A stretch of DNA of 50,298 nucleotides from a bacterium (lineage in GTDB: Bacteria > Patescibacteriota > Patescibacteriia > SBBB01): positions 1 to 50,298 of the forward strand of contig SBBB01000002.1 in NCBI GenBank assembly GCA_005239895.1, in the 5' to 3' direction. This document shows, piece by piece, positions 26,771 to 36,676 of this stretch. The translations under genes were made by a program, and so were the position numbers. How positions within the stretch are numbered: the first letter of the stretch is position 1; each line of letters begins with the position of its first letter. The notes under the pieces were generated by a model. It had not been told where the DNA came from. It did not search any database and was given only the letters and a program-made list of their open reading frames with translations.

Positions 26771-27994
26771 CTATAACTGATGCCAAGGAAGAGATATTAT
26801 TTTGTCGGACAATTTTTCTTTTTTGCCTTCTAAAGTAATTATGTAAGCCCTTTTAGCTATAGTTTTATATTCACTTAAAAAACTATGCAAACCCTTAAGC
26901 TCTGACAGAGAGATGCTTTTTGAGCTTTTTATTTCTATGGGTATTACTTCGTACCCTAAATCAAGGACACAATCAACCTCTGCGCCACCACTTGTTCTCC
27001 AATAATAAACTTTATAATTTTTATTCAAAGCTCTTATTCTTCTGATTATTTCTAAAATTACAGCGTGTTCAAACAAAACACCCTTTTGCGTATTTACAGT
27101 ATCCTGAGTTAATGGCAAGCGAGCCACGGCATTTCTAACACCAAGATCAAAAAAATAATAACGAGACGAAGCAAGAATTCTTTTTCGAGCATTTTTTAAA
27201 AAGGGATCAATTTTTTCAACAATTAAAGTATCTATAAGAATTTGATAAAACTCTTTTATGGTAGGAGTACTAACACCTGATTCATTGGAAAGCTTGGTTA
27301 AGTTGGGGTTTGTGCCTGACTCATTAGCTGCTAGCTCTAAAAACCTAGAAAAAGAACCTATTTTCCTAGAAATAGCTTCAGCTCTTATTTCTTCTTCTAG
27401 ATAAAGCTCTGTATATGATCTTAAAAAACTTTCTTTATCTTGTGTGTTTATAATAGATGGCAAAGATCCAAAAACTAATGACTCCTTAAATGAATAACTT
27501 GTATTTTTATTAATATTGTTTACTGATAATTCTTTTATAGTAGAACCCGTAATAAATCCCATTTCAGACCAAGTTAAAGGATCTAAGCTGTATTTTGTAA
27601 CTCTTCCGGGTAGTAAATTCGCATTCTTCCTTTTTAACTTTCTGGCTGACGAGCCCGTAAGAATAAAGGTTGCCTTTTTTTTATCAATCAAAAATTGAGC
27701 AGAATCAAAAACTTCGGGAATTTTTTGGGCTTCATCTACAAAAACCAAAGGATTACCATCAATCGCCTCAATTTGTCTAATAATTACACCAGGGTCAGCC
27801 TCAATTTCTAAACGCGTGGATGGGTTTTGAAGATAATATTCAACTTTATTTTTTATGTTTCTAATAATTTCTTGTATCAGGGTTGTTTTACCAACTTGAC
27901 GTGGACCCAAAAGAAGCAAGGGTTTGTTATTTTTCAAATCTTGCCTTAATTTTTTTTCTAAAAGTCTAAATAATGGTTTATTTTTACCTTGCAT
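26771..27994 (-). CDS. AAA_14-type ATPase with DUF4143 and C-terminal PD-(D/E)xK-like segment
   Basis: GPRQVGKTT, FVDEAQ, LTGSS, YYFFDLG, WRT..GAEVDCV...PIEIKS. Confidence 0.9.
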   Translation of the reverse strand: MQGKNKPLFRLLEKKLRQDLKNNKPLLLLGPRQVGKTTLIQEIIRNIKNKVEYYLQNPSTRLEIEADPGVIIRQIEAIDGNPLVFVDEAQKIPEVFDSAQFLIDKKKATFILTGSSARKLKRKNANLLPGRVTKYSLDPLTWSEMGFITGSTIKELSVNNINKNTSYSFKESLVFGSLPSIINTQDKESFLRSYTELYLEEEIRAEAISRKIGSFSRFLELAANESGTNPNLTKLSNESGVSTPTIKEFYQILIDTLIVEKIDPFLKNARKRILASSRYYFFDLGVRNAVARLPLTQDTVNTQKGVLFEHAVILEIIRRIRALNKNYKVYYWRTSGGAEVDCVLDLGYEVIPIEIKSSKSISLSELKGLHSFLSEYKTIAKRAYIITLEGKKEKLSDKIISLPWHQL

Positions 27995-28000
27995 ATTTAA

Positions 28001-28029
28001 AGTATACTTTATGGTAAAAATTTTGTCAA
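28001..28029 (-). promoter_or_regulatory. sigma70 promoter TTGACA-N17-TATACT, probably leaderless (6 nt to ATG)
   Basis: Perfect -35 and 17-nt spacer; ATG at 27994. Confidence 0.7.
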
Positions 28030-28037
28030 CAATCTAT

Positions 28038-28072
28038 ACTTGGAAGTATACTTAGAAGTCGGACTTCCAAGT
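28038..28072. terminator. Inverted repeat after rpsB (ACTTGGAAGT/ACTTCCAAGT), terminator or decayed palindromic element
   Basis: 10-bp perfect stem with alternative internal pairings. Confidence 0.45.
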
Positions 28073-28082
28073 GATTTTAATG

Positions 28083-28769
28083 TTATTGTGACTGTGTCAA
28101 ACTATCTTTGATGGTACCAGCGACAATGCCCGTAATCATATCAATAGACTTGATAGAGTCATCATTGGCTGGGATCGCATATTGAACCATGGTATGCTTA
28201 ACATTAGTGTCGCACATAGCTATAACTGGAATTTTTAAAACATTGGCTTCGTGCAAAGCAATTTTATCTTTTTTTAAGTCAACTATAAAAATCGCGTCGG
28301 GTAATCTTGTAAGACCAACTAGCGGTTTAACTAATTTTTCTAATTTAGTTAATTCTTTTTTATAAACAAGTTGTTCTTTTTTAGAATATTTTGTAAATTC
28401 ACCTGAGGTTTCTTTTTGTTGTAAATCTTTATATTTTGCAATTAGCTTTTGAATCGTAACAAAATTTGTTAAAGTTCCCCCTAGCCAGCGTTCAGACACA
28501 TAAGGCATATTTATAGATTCAGCGTATTGAGCTATGATGGATTTGGCTTGGGTTTTAGTACCTACAAATAAAATCAAACATCCAGTTTTAGATATTTTTT
28601 TAGTAAAATCTAAAGCTTCCTGAAGTTTTATAAGCGTCTTATCTAAATCAATAATATGAATATTTTTTTGAATCGTGGAAATATAAGTTTTCATGCTAGG
28701 GTGCCACTTGGATGTTTTATGTCCAAAATGCACACCAGCTTTCAACATTTCCAATATACTAGGTAACAT
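28083..28769 (-). CDS. rpsB: 30S ribosomal protein S2
   Basis: MLKAGVHFGH...W.P.M, ILFVGTK, RWLGGTLTNF, IPANDD. Confidence 0.98.
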   Translation of the reverse strand: MLPSILEMLKAGVHFGHKTSKWHPSMKTYISTIQKNIHIIDLDKTLIKLQEALDFTKKISKTGCLILFVGTKTQAKSIIAQYAESINMPYVSERWLGGTLTNFVTIQKLIAKYKDLQQKETSGEFTKYSKKEQLVYKKELTKLEKLVKPLVGLTRLPDAIFIVDLKKDKIALHEANVLKIPVIAMCDTNVKHTMVQYAIPANDDSIKSIDMITGIVAGTIKDSLTQSQ

Positions 28770-28794
28770 AGTTAGATTAAAAAATTAATTTAAA

Positions 28795-29115
28795 TTAAAC
28801 CTCTACAGTTTCTTTAACTTCTTCTTTAACATCAGCTTGAACCTGGTCTGCTACTTTAACAGCCACAGCTTCTTTGATTTTTTTATTTCTTAGTTTGGGG
28901 GCTTTTTTGGGTTGCACTTTTTCTAAACGCTTTTGATACCTACTGATAGTTCCAGAAGTATCAACTAATTTTTGTTTATCCGTATAAAATTGATGACAAG
29001 CGCTGCATATTTCAATATGCACTTCTTGAACCGTAGATCCTGTAATCATAGAATTACCACAAGCGCACACTATTTTAGCGTTTGAATAGTAAACTGGATG
29101 TGTATCTTTTTTCAT
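28795..29115 (-). CDS. rpmE: 50S ribosomal protein L31 (Zn-binding form) with C-terminal extension
   Basis: MKKDTHP.Y...CACG...EICSACHQFYT. Confidence 0.95.
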   Translation of the reverse strand: MKKDTHPVYYSNAKIVCACGNSMITGSTVQEVHIEICSACHQFYTDKQKLVDTSGTISRYQKRLEKVQPKKAPKLRNKKIKEAVAVKVADQVQADVKEEVKETVEV

Positions 29116-29184
29116 AATAATACTTAAAATCGCTAAACTATATTAAAAAATCATGTTTATTTATATTATCATATATAGGATTAT

Positions 29185-29213
29185 TTGACAAGAGTGCCTG
29201 ATTTAATTAAAAT
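29185..29213 (+). promoter_or_regulatory. sigma70 promoter for prfA, TTGACA-N17-TAAAAT; its -35 overlaps a reverse TTGTCA-N17-TAATAT facing rpmE
   Basis: Read directly from sequence. Confidence 0.7.
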
Positions 29214-29251
29214 AATTTGATTAAAACACCAAAACTTGAAGAATAGAAAGT

Positions 29252-29299
29252 AGAAGCTAAGAAGCTAAGAAGCTAAGAAGCTAAGAAGCTAAGAAGCTA
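29252..29299. repeat. Octamer array (AGAAGCTA)6 in the prfA 5' UTR
   Basis: Read directly from sequence. Confidence 0.92.
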
Positions 29300-29308
29300 A
29301 ATTCTTAT

Positions 29309-30355
29309 ATGACTGACGAACAAAACCTGCAAAAAGAATACGATGAATTAGAGTTAATTTTACAAAAACCGCAAACTATTAGCGATAAAACCAAGCTAAA
29401 ACAATTTTCCGGTCGTTTTGCCATACTTCAAAAAGTTTTAGCTAATTATAAAGAATTGTCTAAAATAAACACTGAAATTGCAGAAACCACGGAATTAATG
29501 AAAAATAGTCCTGAACTAGCTGAAGTATGCCAAACTGAATTAGAAAAACTAGCCAATTTAAAAAATCAAATCGAACAAGACACAAACAGCTTGCTTAATC
29601 CTAAACCTTTAGACACAGAAGATAAAAAAAATATTATTATTGAAATTCGAGCTGGAGTGGGCGGAGATGAAGCTAGTTTATTCGCGGCTGAATTATTTTC
29701 AATGTACTCACAGTTTGCGCTAAAAAATAATTTTAAAACCCATATTATTAACTCATCCAAAACTTCATTAGGAGGATTTAAAGAAATTATATTTGAAATT
29801 AGTGGCGATCAAGCATACTCTAAATTTCAGTTTGAAAGTGGCGTGCATAGAATACAAAGAGTTCCGGATACTGAAAAAAGTGGAAGAATTCATACCTCAA
29901 CTGTTAGCGTGGCTGTACTACCCGTGGCTCTAGAAACAGAGCTCATAATAAACCCAAGCGATCTTAAAATAGAAGCCACTACTGCAGGTGGACATGGAGG
30001 GCAATCAGTTAACACAACTTATTCAGCTATACGCATAGTGCATATCCCCACTGGTGTAGAAGTGCAGTGTCAAGATGAAAGAAATTTTCAACAAAATAAA
30101 GAACGAGCCATGAAAGTTTTGCGAACTAGATTATTAGACCTTAAAACTGCTAAAGAAAAGGATCAACGCGACCAAGACCGTAAATCTCAGATTGGGAATG
30201 CAGATCGTTCGGAAAAAATAAGAACTTACAATGTTCCTCAAGATCGCTTGACTGACCACAGAATCAAAAAAAACTTTTACAATTTAGAAAAAATTCTCAA
30301 GGGTGATTTAGAAAATATTGTTGAAGCATTACTTAGTGGCCTTGCTACTAAGTAA
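29309..30355 (+). CDS. prfA: Peptide chain release factor 1
   Basis: EIRAGVGGDEA, FESGVHRIQRVPDT (PxT), GGQ, RSEKIRTYN. Confidence 0.96.
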   Translation: MTDEQNLQKEYDELELILQKPQTISDKTKLKQFSGRFAILQKVLANYKELSKINTEIAETTELMKNSPELAEVCQTELEKLANLKNQIEQDTNSLLNPKPLDTEDKKNIIIEIRAGVGGDEASLFAAELFSMYSQFALKNNFKTHIINSSKTSLGGFKEIIFEISGDQAYSKFQFESGVHRIQRVPDTEKSGRIHTSTVSVAVLPVALETELIINPSDLKIEATTAGGHGGQSVNTTYSAIRIVHIPTGVEVQCQDERNFQQNKERAMKVLRTRLLDLKTAKEKDQRDQDRKSQIGNADRSEKIRTYNVPQDRLTDHRIKKNFYNLEKILKGDLENIVEALLSGLATK

Positions 30356-30375
30356 TTGCTACTAAGTAAACAAAC

Positions 30376-30405
30376 AAAAAGCCGCGAATAAATCACGGCT
30401 TTTTT
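30376..30405. terminator. Bidirectional intrinsic terminator between prfA and the S-layer-like gene
   Basis: AAAAA-GCCGCGA-ATAAA-TCACGGC-TTTTTT. Confidence 0.8.
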
Positions 30406-30450
30406 GCAGTTTTAAGATCTACTGCTAAACTCAAGAGCTTTTCTTATAGT

Positions 30451-33400
30451 TTACTGATAAAGCAAAAACTTTCCAGTAACTATATAAGAATCAGAAATAG
30501 TAAGATCGCCAGAAGGAGAATTATCAGCTGTTCTCTTGTATGACCATGTAAGAGCGTTATCAGTAGCAGTAGAAACAGCTTTGGCACCTAACATACGGAC
30601 AAGGGTAGTAGCAGTTGTTCCAGTAGTAGAATTGTTCTTGATATTAGTCGTATCAGCTAACAATACATAACCATTGGTTCCATTAACAGCAATTTGTTCA
30701 TTGGTAGGTAATGTAAATTCAATAACCTGACCAGATGTAACAATAGTTGTATCGGCCAATGTACTTGTAGCACCAACAAGCATTGCTCCAGCTAATGAAG
30801 TTGATCCACCTAAAGTGTTAGAAATTCTATCACCTGTGGTAGGATTAGCTCTATCTAATCTAAACCTCTTAGGACCAAAACCACTTGCGTAAGAACCAGA
30901 AATCTCAAATCTCATTTTAACCGGAGTAATAGGTTGAGATCCAACTGTGCTAACTGTAAAGGTTCCAATAGCATTCTCAATGACTTGAGCACCAGTGCCA
31001 ACATCTTTGGATGCTAATACAGGCTTGGTTTCTTCAACATGATGAGCTTCAGATGTAAATGTAAAGTTGGTTATACGGCCACCTGCAACGAAACCAGCTT
31101 TCGTAGTTCTGTTTATACCAGTTAAGGTAATGGTATTTGTACCAACTGAAGCGACTGTAACAGCTGCTTCAGAAGCACCATCTACAGTGTCAGTGAAGAC
31201 ACCATTATTATTGTAGTCAAAAGCAACTGAATCACCTACTTCAAAGTTAGTAACATCATTAACAGTAATAGTGTCAGTAGTTGTTGGAGTTTCATCGTAA
31301 GCTGTGACAATACCACCAGAAACTCTATTTGTGCTTCCCGAAGATACTCCGGTAAACTCAAGATAGGTTACACCCATAGTTACATCTCTATCAGCAGACG
31401 CACCAACAGGAATAGTTGCTCCACTGGGTGTTGATACTTTAACTACAAGATTTTTTACTCCACCTTGAGGAATACTGTAACCTAAACCAGTAAATCTAAC
31501 TTCGCTACCAGTTAAGGAAGCTGAAGAGGTGTTTAATTGTTTACCTGAATCAGCGTCAAATAACTTGTAAGAATCAGCTAAATTATTATTACCGTTTTTA
31601 ATACCTAGATATAATTTATCTAAGGTTAGAGGTTCAGCATTTAGGGTTTCCCTTAATTGGAATTTAAAGGCTGAAACATCAGTCTCATTAGCAGCTAATA
31701 ATTTGGCAACATTAATAATTCCATCTTGTCCTAAAGATGTAACAGCTAAGTTACCGGCTGATTTTAGAGCAATGCTCTGACCAATAACAGCTGGAGATAT
31801 AGTTGTAGATTGAGAACTGCTTCCTACAGATGAGGTTACAGTTAACTCGGTTCCAATATTATCTTTACTAAAGGCTGTATTAACAACAGCGTACACATTA
31901 ACTACTTTAGTTCCATTAACTGGAATACTCAAACCTGCAACGGAGAAAGTAAATCCAGAAGCAGTACCAATTGTGTTAGCTGGAGCTAAAGACACGCCAG
32001 CTGAATCTTTTAAGGTTATATTACTGACATTTTGCAAGTCAGTAACTGCTGTGCTATCAAATTCAGCAGTAGTGTCAACAACTGATCCTGTAACAGCACC
32101 AACTCTAATTTTAATAGCATTAATAGCCTGTCCTTCAGCTGCACCAGCTCTTAGGGTGTATGATCCTATTTTTTGCAATGATCCACCCTTTACCAAATTG
32201 GTTGGGTTGAAATCAGATGCTTTGCTTACGGTTAAAGTAGAATCATCTACGGCTAAGTTATTACCACTAGCTAAATCAGTAGTAGAGCCACCAGTAGTAA
32301 CAAAGTTATTTGAAGATACTCTTCTAACTTTAAAACTGGTAATTCTAATTGTGTAATTATCAGCTCCCGTAGCATTCTGGTTAATATCACCTACAAAAGT
32401 AATAGTACCAGTTGTGCCAGATTTTATGGTGTAGAAACTGTTCAAAACATGCTGAGTTCCATTACCATCTGGAGCAGTAGAACCACTAATTGTGTTATTA
32501 GTTACTGTAAAGGAATTAGCACCATAAATATTACCATCCGTAGCAGTCTGGGAGTAAATATTACCTCCAGTTGCGGATTGTATTTTTAAGGAACCATTCA
32601 ATACAAATCTACCTACTGCCAATCCAGCCGAAGAGCTACGAACTACAAATCCTAATTCTTGCAATTCAATATCTTCGCCAAAAGCTTGAATATTGAATTT
32701 AGCTAGATTGACATTTGTGGCACCTTTCACAACTTTGCCAGACAAAGATTCAGTTGATCTAGAAATAGTAACTGTACCTTCTCTAAATTTAACAAAGTTG
32801 CTTCCAGTGTCACCATCTCCAATTGGATAAGTTTGTCCAGTATCTTCAGCAGGGGTTACACCAACTCCAGTTTCAAGACCAACAGCGCGGATTTTGTAGT
32901 CGTTCTGAATAGTAAAGTTTAAGGTTCTATTGGCGCTATTAGTATTGCTGGCTAAGTCAACTTTGACTGTAAAGTCTCTTAATTGACCATTCAAAATTTT
33001 ATAACCACCAGTAGGACCAGCCATTGTACCTGTTAATCCAGAAATATTGAATTTGGCTTCATTGTTTATCAAAGTAGGAACTGAAGCAATGACAGCATTG
33101 CTTTGGTCAACTAATCTGATATTCATAACATCACCACCTGAAGCGCTACCATTGTTTTGAATGGTGATATTTGTTAACTCAAGGTCTTCATTGCCAGTAA
33201 TTTCTTGTAATCTAAATTTAGCAACATCAACATCTTTTAGACCTTGATCTAATTCAATAGGAGCGGCTGATGTACCACCAATAATGGTTCGGGTGGAAAC
33301 ATTTAATTTACCAATGGCTCCAGTTCCAGAAACCGTAGTCATAGTAGAACCTTTAATTGGGAAACTACCTTCTACCTTAATAGCTGTTCCGCTAGAATCT

Positions 33401-34527
33401 GTAACTGTAACATCGCTAGCCGCAGCAATAGTTGCGGAAATTGTTCCAGAATTTGTAATTGTTTTTAGATTAACATTTACATTTACATCAACGGTTTGAC
33501 CGGACGCAATTTTAATTGGTTCGTTTTCAAATCCGCTATTTGCAATAGACTGACCAAATGTAACTAATGATCCGTGCAATTTGCCCATTTTATCTGTAAT
33601 TAAAATACCAGCTATATCAGCGTCAGACGCAATACCCTCTCTTCTAATAACTAAACCTTTGACTAACGCATCTCCGCTGGTTGTATTTTTAACAGATAGA
33701 GTAAGTAAGGGCGCGTAAAAAGATCCGCCTGGAATTGCACCGGCACCTTTGGTGCTAGGTGACAAAGCCACGGTAACACCTCCGGTCATTACAACTGGTG
33801 AAGATGAACTACTAGCTGAACCACCTAAATCTGTAAGTTTGGATTCTTTGCCAGTAATATCAGTTCCAGCTGTTGCAGTCCAAGAAGAGGGTGCGGTTAC
33901 AACATACATAGAATTAAAACCATTATCAGCTAAAGATGTTCCTGTAAATTTGCGAATATTCTTGCCATCTACTAAGTAAACATCTGAACTGCCTGTCATT
34001 TTAACTAAGGTACCAGATGGATAACCACTGGCTGCTGATACTGCTGTGGAATCTATTTTATAATTAGTAAAGAAAGAATCAGCAACATCAACTACCATTG
34101 AAGCCCATCCAGCTCCATATAATGTTTTGGCTGTAGCTTCGCTATCAATGTGTCTTAATACTCCGCCTGGTTCAACAGCGTAAACTTTAGGATCAGTTGT
34201 AATTTTAACTAACATCGTACCTGGTCTAATGGTAACATTTCCTCCCAATCCGTAAGACTGTAATTCAGTAGCTGAAACAGTTTTTACGCCTGAGAAATCT
34301 TTGTACCAAGAGTTATAAGTACTGGAATTAGGAAAAACCCAGCGCTTGCCATCAGCTCCTAAGTAGTAAACAGTGCTCAAGCCTGGCATTTTGATCAAAT
34401 CTCCAGCCATGGCTGCTTTCGTAGCCAAAGGAAGAAAGATCGCTGTACCCATGGTTGATAGAACTGTGGTAATACTTACAACTGTTGCAATCGCGCGCTT
34501 TCCTGTATTCATTAATTTGTGCGACAT
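30451..34527 (-). CDS. Giant secreted S-layer-like surface protein (1358 aa)
   Basis: Signal peptide; N-terminal LIK..STVYY..ADGKRWVFPN / LVKITTDPKVYAV repeat domain; long Thr/Ser/Gly/Val-rich beta-sandwich-like repeats; strongly biased codons. Confidence 0.85.
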   Translation of the reverse strand: MSHKLMNTGKRAIATVVSITTVLSTMGTAIFLPLATKAAMAGDLIKMPGLSTVYYLGADGKRWVFPNSSTYNSWYKDFSGVKTVSATELQSYGLGGNVTIRPGTMLVKITTDPKVYAVEPGGVLRHIDSEATAKTLYGAGWASMVVDVADSFFTNYKIDSTAVSAASGYPSGTLVKMTGSSDVYLVDGKNIRKFTGTSLADNGFNSMYVVTAPSSWTATAGTDITGKESKLTDLGGSASSSSSPVVMTGGVTVALSPSTKGAGAIPGGSFYAPLLTLSVKNTTSGDALVKGLVIRREGIASDADIAGILITDKMGKLHGSLVTFGQSIANSGFENEPIKIASGQTVDVNVNVNLKTITNSGTISATIAAASDVTVTDSSGTAIKVEGSFPIKGSTMTTVSGTGAIGKLNVSTRTIIGGTSAAPIELDQGLKDVDVAKFRLQEITGNEDLELTNITIQNNGSASGGDVMNIRLVDQSNAVIASVPTLINNEAKFNISGLTGTMAGPTGGYKILNGQLRDFTVKVDLASNTNSANRTLNFTIQNDYKIRAVGLETGVGVTPAEDTGQTYPIGDGDTGSNFVKFREGTVTISRSTESLSGKVVKGATNVNLAKFNIQAFGEDIELQELGFVVRSSSAGLAVGRFVLNGSLKIQSATGGNIYSQTATDGNIYGANSFTVTNNTISGSTAPDGNGTQHVLNSFYTIKSGTTGTITFVGDINQNATGADNYTIRITSFKVRRVSSNNFVTTGGSTTDLASGNNLAVDDSTLTVSKASDFNPTNLVKGGSLQKIGSYTLRAGAAEGQAINAIKIRVGAVTGSVVDTTAEFDSTAVTDLQNVSNITLKDSAGVSLAPANTIGTASGFTFSVAGLSIPVNGTKVVNVYAVVNTAFSKDNIGTELTVTSSVGSSSQSTTISPAVIGQSIALKSAGNLAVTSLGQDGIINVAKLLAANETDVSAFKFQLRETLNAEPLTLDKLYLGIKNGNNNLADSYKLFDADSGKQLNTSSASLTGSEVRFTGLGYSIPQGGVKNLVVKVSTPSGATIPVGASADRDVTMGVTYLEFTGVSSGSTNRVSGGIVTAYDETPTTTDTITVNDVTNFEVGDSVAFDYNNNGVFTDTVDGASEAAVTVASVGTNTITLTGINRTTKAGFVAGGRITNFTFTSEAHHVEETKPVLASKDVGTGAQVIENAIGTFTVSTVGSQPITPVKMRFEISGSYASGFGPKRFRLDRANPTTGDRISNTLGGSTSLAGAMLVGATSTLADTTIVTSGQVIEFTLPTNEQIAVNGTNGYVLLADTTNIKNNSTTGTTATTLVRMLGAKAVSTATDNALTWSYKRTADNSPSGDLTISDSYIVTGKFLLYQ

Positions 34528-34607
34528 AATTTTATATTAAATATTAAAAAAATTAAAACTAAAAAACTCACCGTAGAAACCTGTTATAATATAAAAGTTT
34601 TTAAGCT

Positions 34608-34642
34608 CTCATAAATAACTCGACCTTCGGTCCTACACTCCT
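34608..34642 (-). promoter_or_regulatory. Shared upstream motif, copy B (AGGAGTGTAG-hairpin-GTTATTTATGAG)
   Basis: Matches 25553-25594; preceded on the sense strand by a 13-bp hairpin (34645-34685). Confidence 0.5.
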
Positions 34643-34726
34643 CTTGTTAGTTTCCAATCCACAAAACCCATTTTAGAAACTAACATAAAAAGCTAGTAAC
34701 TTAAAATCACCTCGGACTTATTAAAC

Positions 34727-35950
34727 TTATAAATTATTATCATTATTAGTTGTGGTGCCCGTGCTCGTACTACTAGTAACATCCGGAGTTGGTGTCAAAA
34801 CGTCAATTCCACTGTTTTCAACCTTGGCTTCCATAATATCAACAATATCTTGACTAGCACCCAAACTATCTATAGCAGCCACATAATCTTTGTCTTGCAA
34901 ATATTTTTTCGCTTTAGTTAGATTTTCTGTAGCTTCTTTAGAAGTATCTTTAACTCCCTGAAGTTCAGTTTTATCAATAACAGTTGTTGATACACTAAGT
35001 AAACCAGATGACGTAGTTGCAGCAACCTCTAAACCAGCAGTTGCAATCTTATCTAATTTTTTAATTTTGTTTTCTGTAGATTGAATTTTATCAGTCACTA
35101 AAACCGTCAAATCTTCTTCTAAAGCGCTACTTACTTTACTACCAACCTCTTTATTAGAATCAATATCAGATGCCATGACTTTCAAGGCCACACTATTCAC
35201 TTTCACGGCTGTTTTTATAACTTTATTAACAGCTAAAGCAGCTGGTTTTTCTTTGTTGATTAAAGCTCGTTTGGTGTGATTTAAACTAACTGTGTAACCA
35301 TGAACTTTCTTTTCAATAATTTTAGCCACCTCGGTTCTCCTAGGACCATCACTAATAGAATTCAAAGTATTAATAGCTTGAGTTGTTTTTAATAACTCGT
35401 CTTCTAGTCGCATGGCAGCCTGAGCAATATTATTATCATTTTCATTTCTATTATTTTGAATCGATAACATTTTAATTTCATTAAACCTAGTGTCAGCTAT
35501 GGCTAATTGTTTAATAATCTTAACCTGCTTATCAGAAGTTGCGATTAAATCTATTTTTTCTAACGCTAATTTTAAACCATGCAATTTATCGCCCGGTAAA
35601 CTTGCTCGACTCGCGTCCGCGATTAAAAAACCTGATCCACCTAGCATTACTAACATTAACGCAACACTCACCAAAGAATAATCCATTAATATACGCTGAT
35701 ATCTTAAGAAAGCTAATTTACCTATTTTAAAAATATAATCCACATTTTCTAAAGTGTCGTTGCGAATAAAAAACCATTTACTATTTTCGAGATTAATTTT
35801 ATTAATTTTGCAAACCGGAATACCAACTTGAGCTTGAATTTGACAAATGAGAATATCACGATTGCTCTTCTTCCATTCAACTGATGGTTGAAGATTATTT
35901 CTAAGGGATTCTAATTGTTTAATAATATTTCTTTTGGTTACATTTTGCAT
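34727..35950 (-). CDS. DUF5667-like membrane protein, putative anti-sigma factor
   Basis: N-terminal LxxLRxxxQPSxEW segment, TM helix, ASLPGDKLHGLKLALEKI...QLAIADTRFNE motif; directly downstream of an ECF sigma. Confidence 0.75.
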   Translation of the reverse strand: MQNVTKRNIIKQLESLRNNLQPSVEWKKSNRDILICQIQAQVGIPVCKINKINLENSKWFFIRNDTLENVDYIFKIGKLAFLRYQRILMDYSLVSVALMLVMLGGSGFLIADASRASLPGDKLHGLKLALEKIDLIATSDKQVKIIKQLAIADTRFNEIKMLSIQNNRNENDNNIAQAAMRLEDELLKTTQAINTLNSISDGPRRTEVAKIIEKKVHGYTVSLNHTKRALINKEKPAALAVNKVIKTAVKVNSVALKVMASDIDSNKEVGSKVSSALEEDLTVLVTDKIQSTENKIKKLDKIATAGLEVAATTSSGLLSVSTTVIDKTELQGVKDTSKEATENLTKAKKYLQDKDYVAAIDSLGASQDIVDIMEAKVENSGIDVLTPTPDVTSSTSTGTTTNNDNNL

Positions 35951-35963
35951 AACCTCTATGAGA

Positions 35964-36005
35964 ATTTAAGATTTAAGATTTAAGATTTAAGATTTATGAT
36001 TTAAG
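35964..36005. repeat. Heptamer array ATTTA(A/T)G x6 in the 5' UTR of the DUF5667 gene
   Basis: Read directly from sequence. Confidence 0.88.
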
Positions 36006-36034
36006 TTCATCAAGCTAGCTTTTAGCTGTCAAAA

Positions 36035-36063
36035 ACAATAGTAGACTTTAACTTAATTGTCAA
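36035..36063 (-). promoter_or_regulatory. sigma70 promoter for the DUF5667 gene, TTGACA-N17-TATTGT
   Basis: Perfect -35, 17-nt spacer. Confidence 0.6.
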
Positions 36064-36074
36064 GGGTATTATTG

Positions 36075-36671
36075 TTAAATATTTTTTTGAGAAGAATTTA
36101 TAATTCGGCGCAAAGCATTAATAGCTCTATGTATGGTTACTCTCACACCAACCTTACTTTTATTTAGAATTCTTGCCATGTCAGCAATAGAGATATTATC
36201 AATATAACGCAAAACAATTACTTCACGGTATTCGTCTTTCAATATTTTTAAGCTATCTTGTATAGCTTGAAGTGATTCAAAAGATGACGACTTAAATAAA
36301 TCTCCGGCTGGTTGGTAGGATTGCGAAAATGGTAAATTATCAATCTCATCAATATTTTCATCAAACTTTATTTCTCCACTTTTTTTATATTGATTGCGAT
36401 AAAAATCCATCACAACATTCTTCGAAACTGTGTAAGCAAAAGCTTTGATATTTCTAATTGGTTGACCTTGTTTATTGTTCAGAATATACTCCCATATCTT
36501 AAGAAAAACTATAGAAGTTAAATCTTGGCTAGTCGTAGCATCAAATACCTTAAAGTAAATAAACTGGTAAATCTTCTCAACATACTGATCATAGAAAAGA
36601 CCAAAAGCTTGCGGGTCTTTGTTCTGAAGTCCAAGTATAATTTTATCGTCTTGAAAAATACTTACTGACAT
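36075..36671 (-). CDS. ECF-type RNA polymerase sigma factor
   Basis: AFGLFYDQY..KIYQFIY...SQDLTS.VFLKIW (region 2); LKDEYREVIVLRYI...IARIL.KS...VRV.IHRA (region 4). Confidence 0.93.
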   Translation of the reverse strand: MSVSIFQDDKIILGLQNKDPQAFGLFYDQYVEKIYQFIYFKVFDATTSQDLTSIVFLKIWEYILNNKQGQPIRNIKAFAYTVSKNVVMDFYRNQYKKSGEIKFDENIDEIDNLPFSQSYQPAGDLFKSSSFESLQAIQDSLKILKDEYREVIVLRYIDNISIADMARILNKSKVGVRVTIHRAINALRRIINSSQKNI

Positions 36672-36676
36672 AAATA

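Noticed and set aside
30342-30369. 14-bp tandem duplication spanning the prfA stop (TTGCTACTAAGTAA x2)
   Set aside because: Real, but most simply a slippage product with no effect on the protein
31973-33979. Plus-strand ORFs inside the S-layer gene, and similar antisense ORFs in vanW, clpB, lepA, ychF and the fibre gene
   Set aside because: Shadow frames of biased-codon genes with no recognisable motifs
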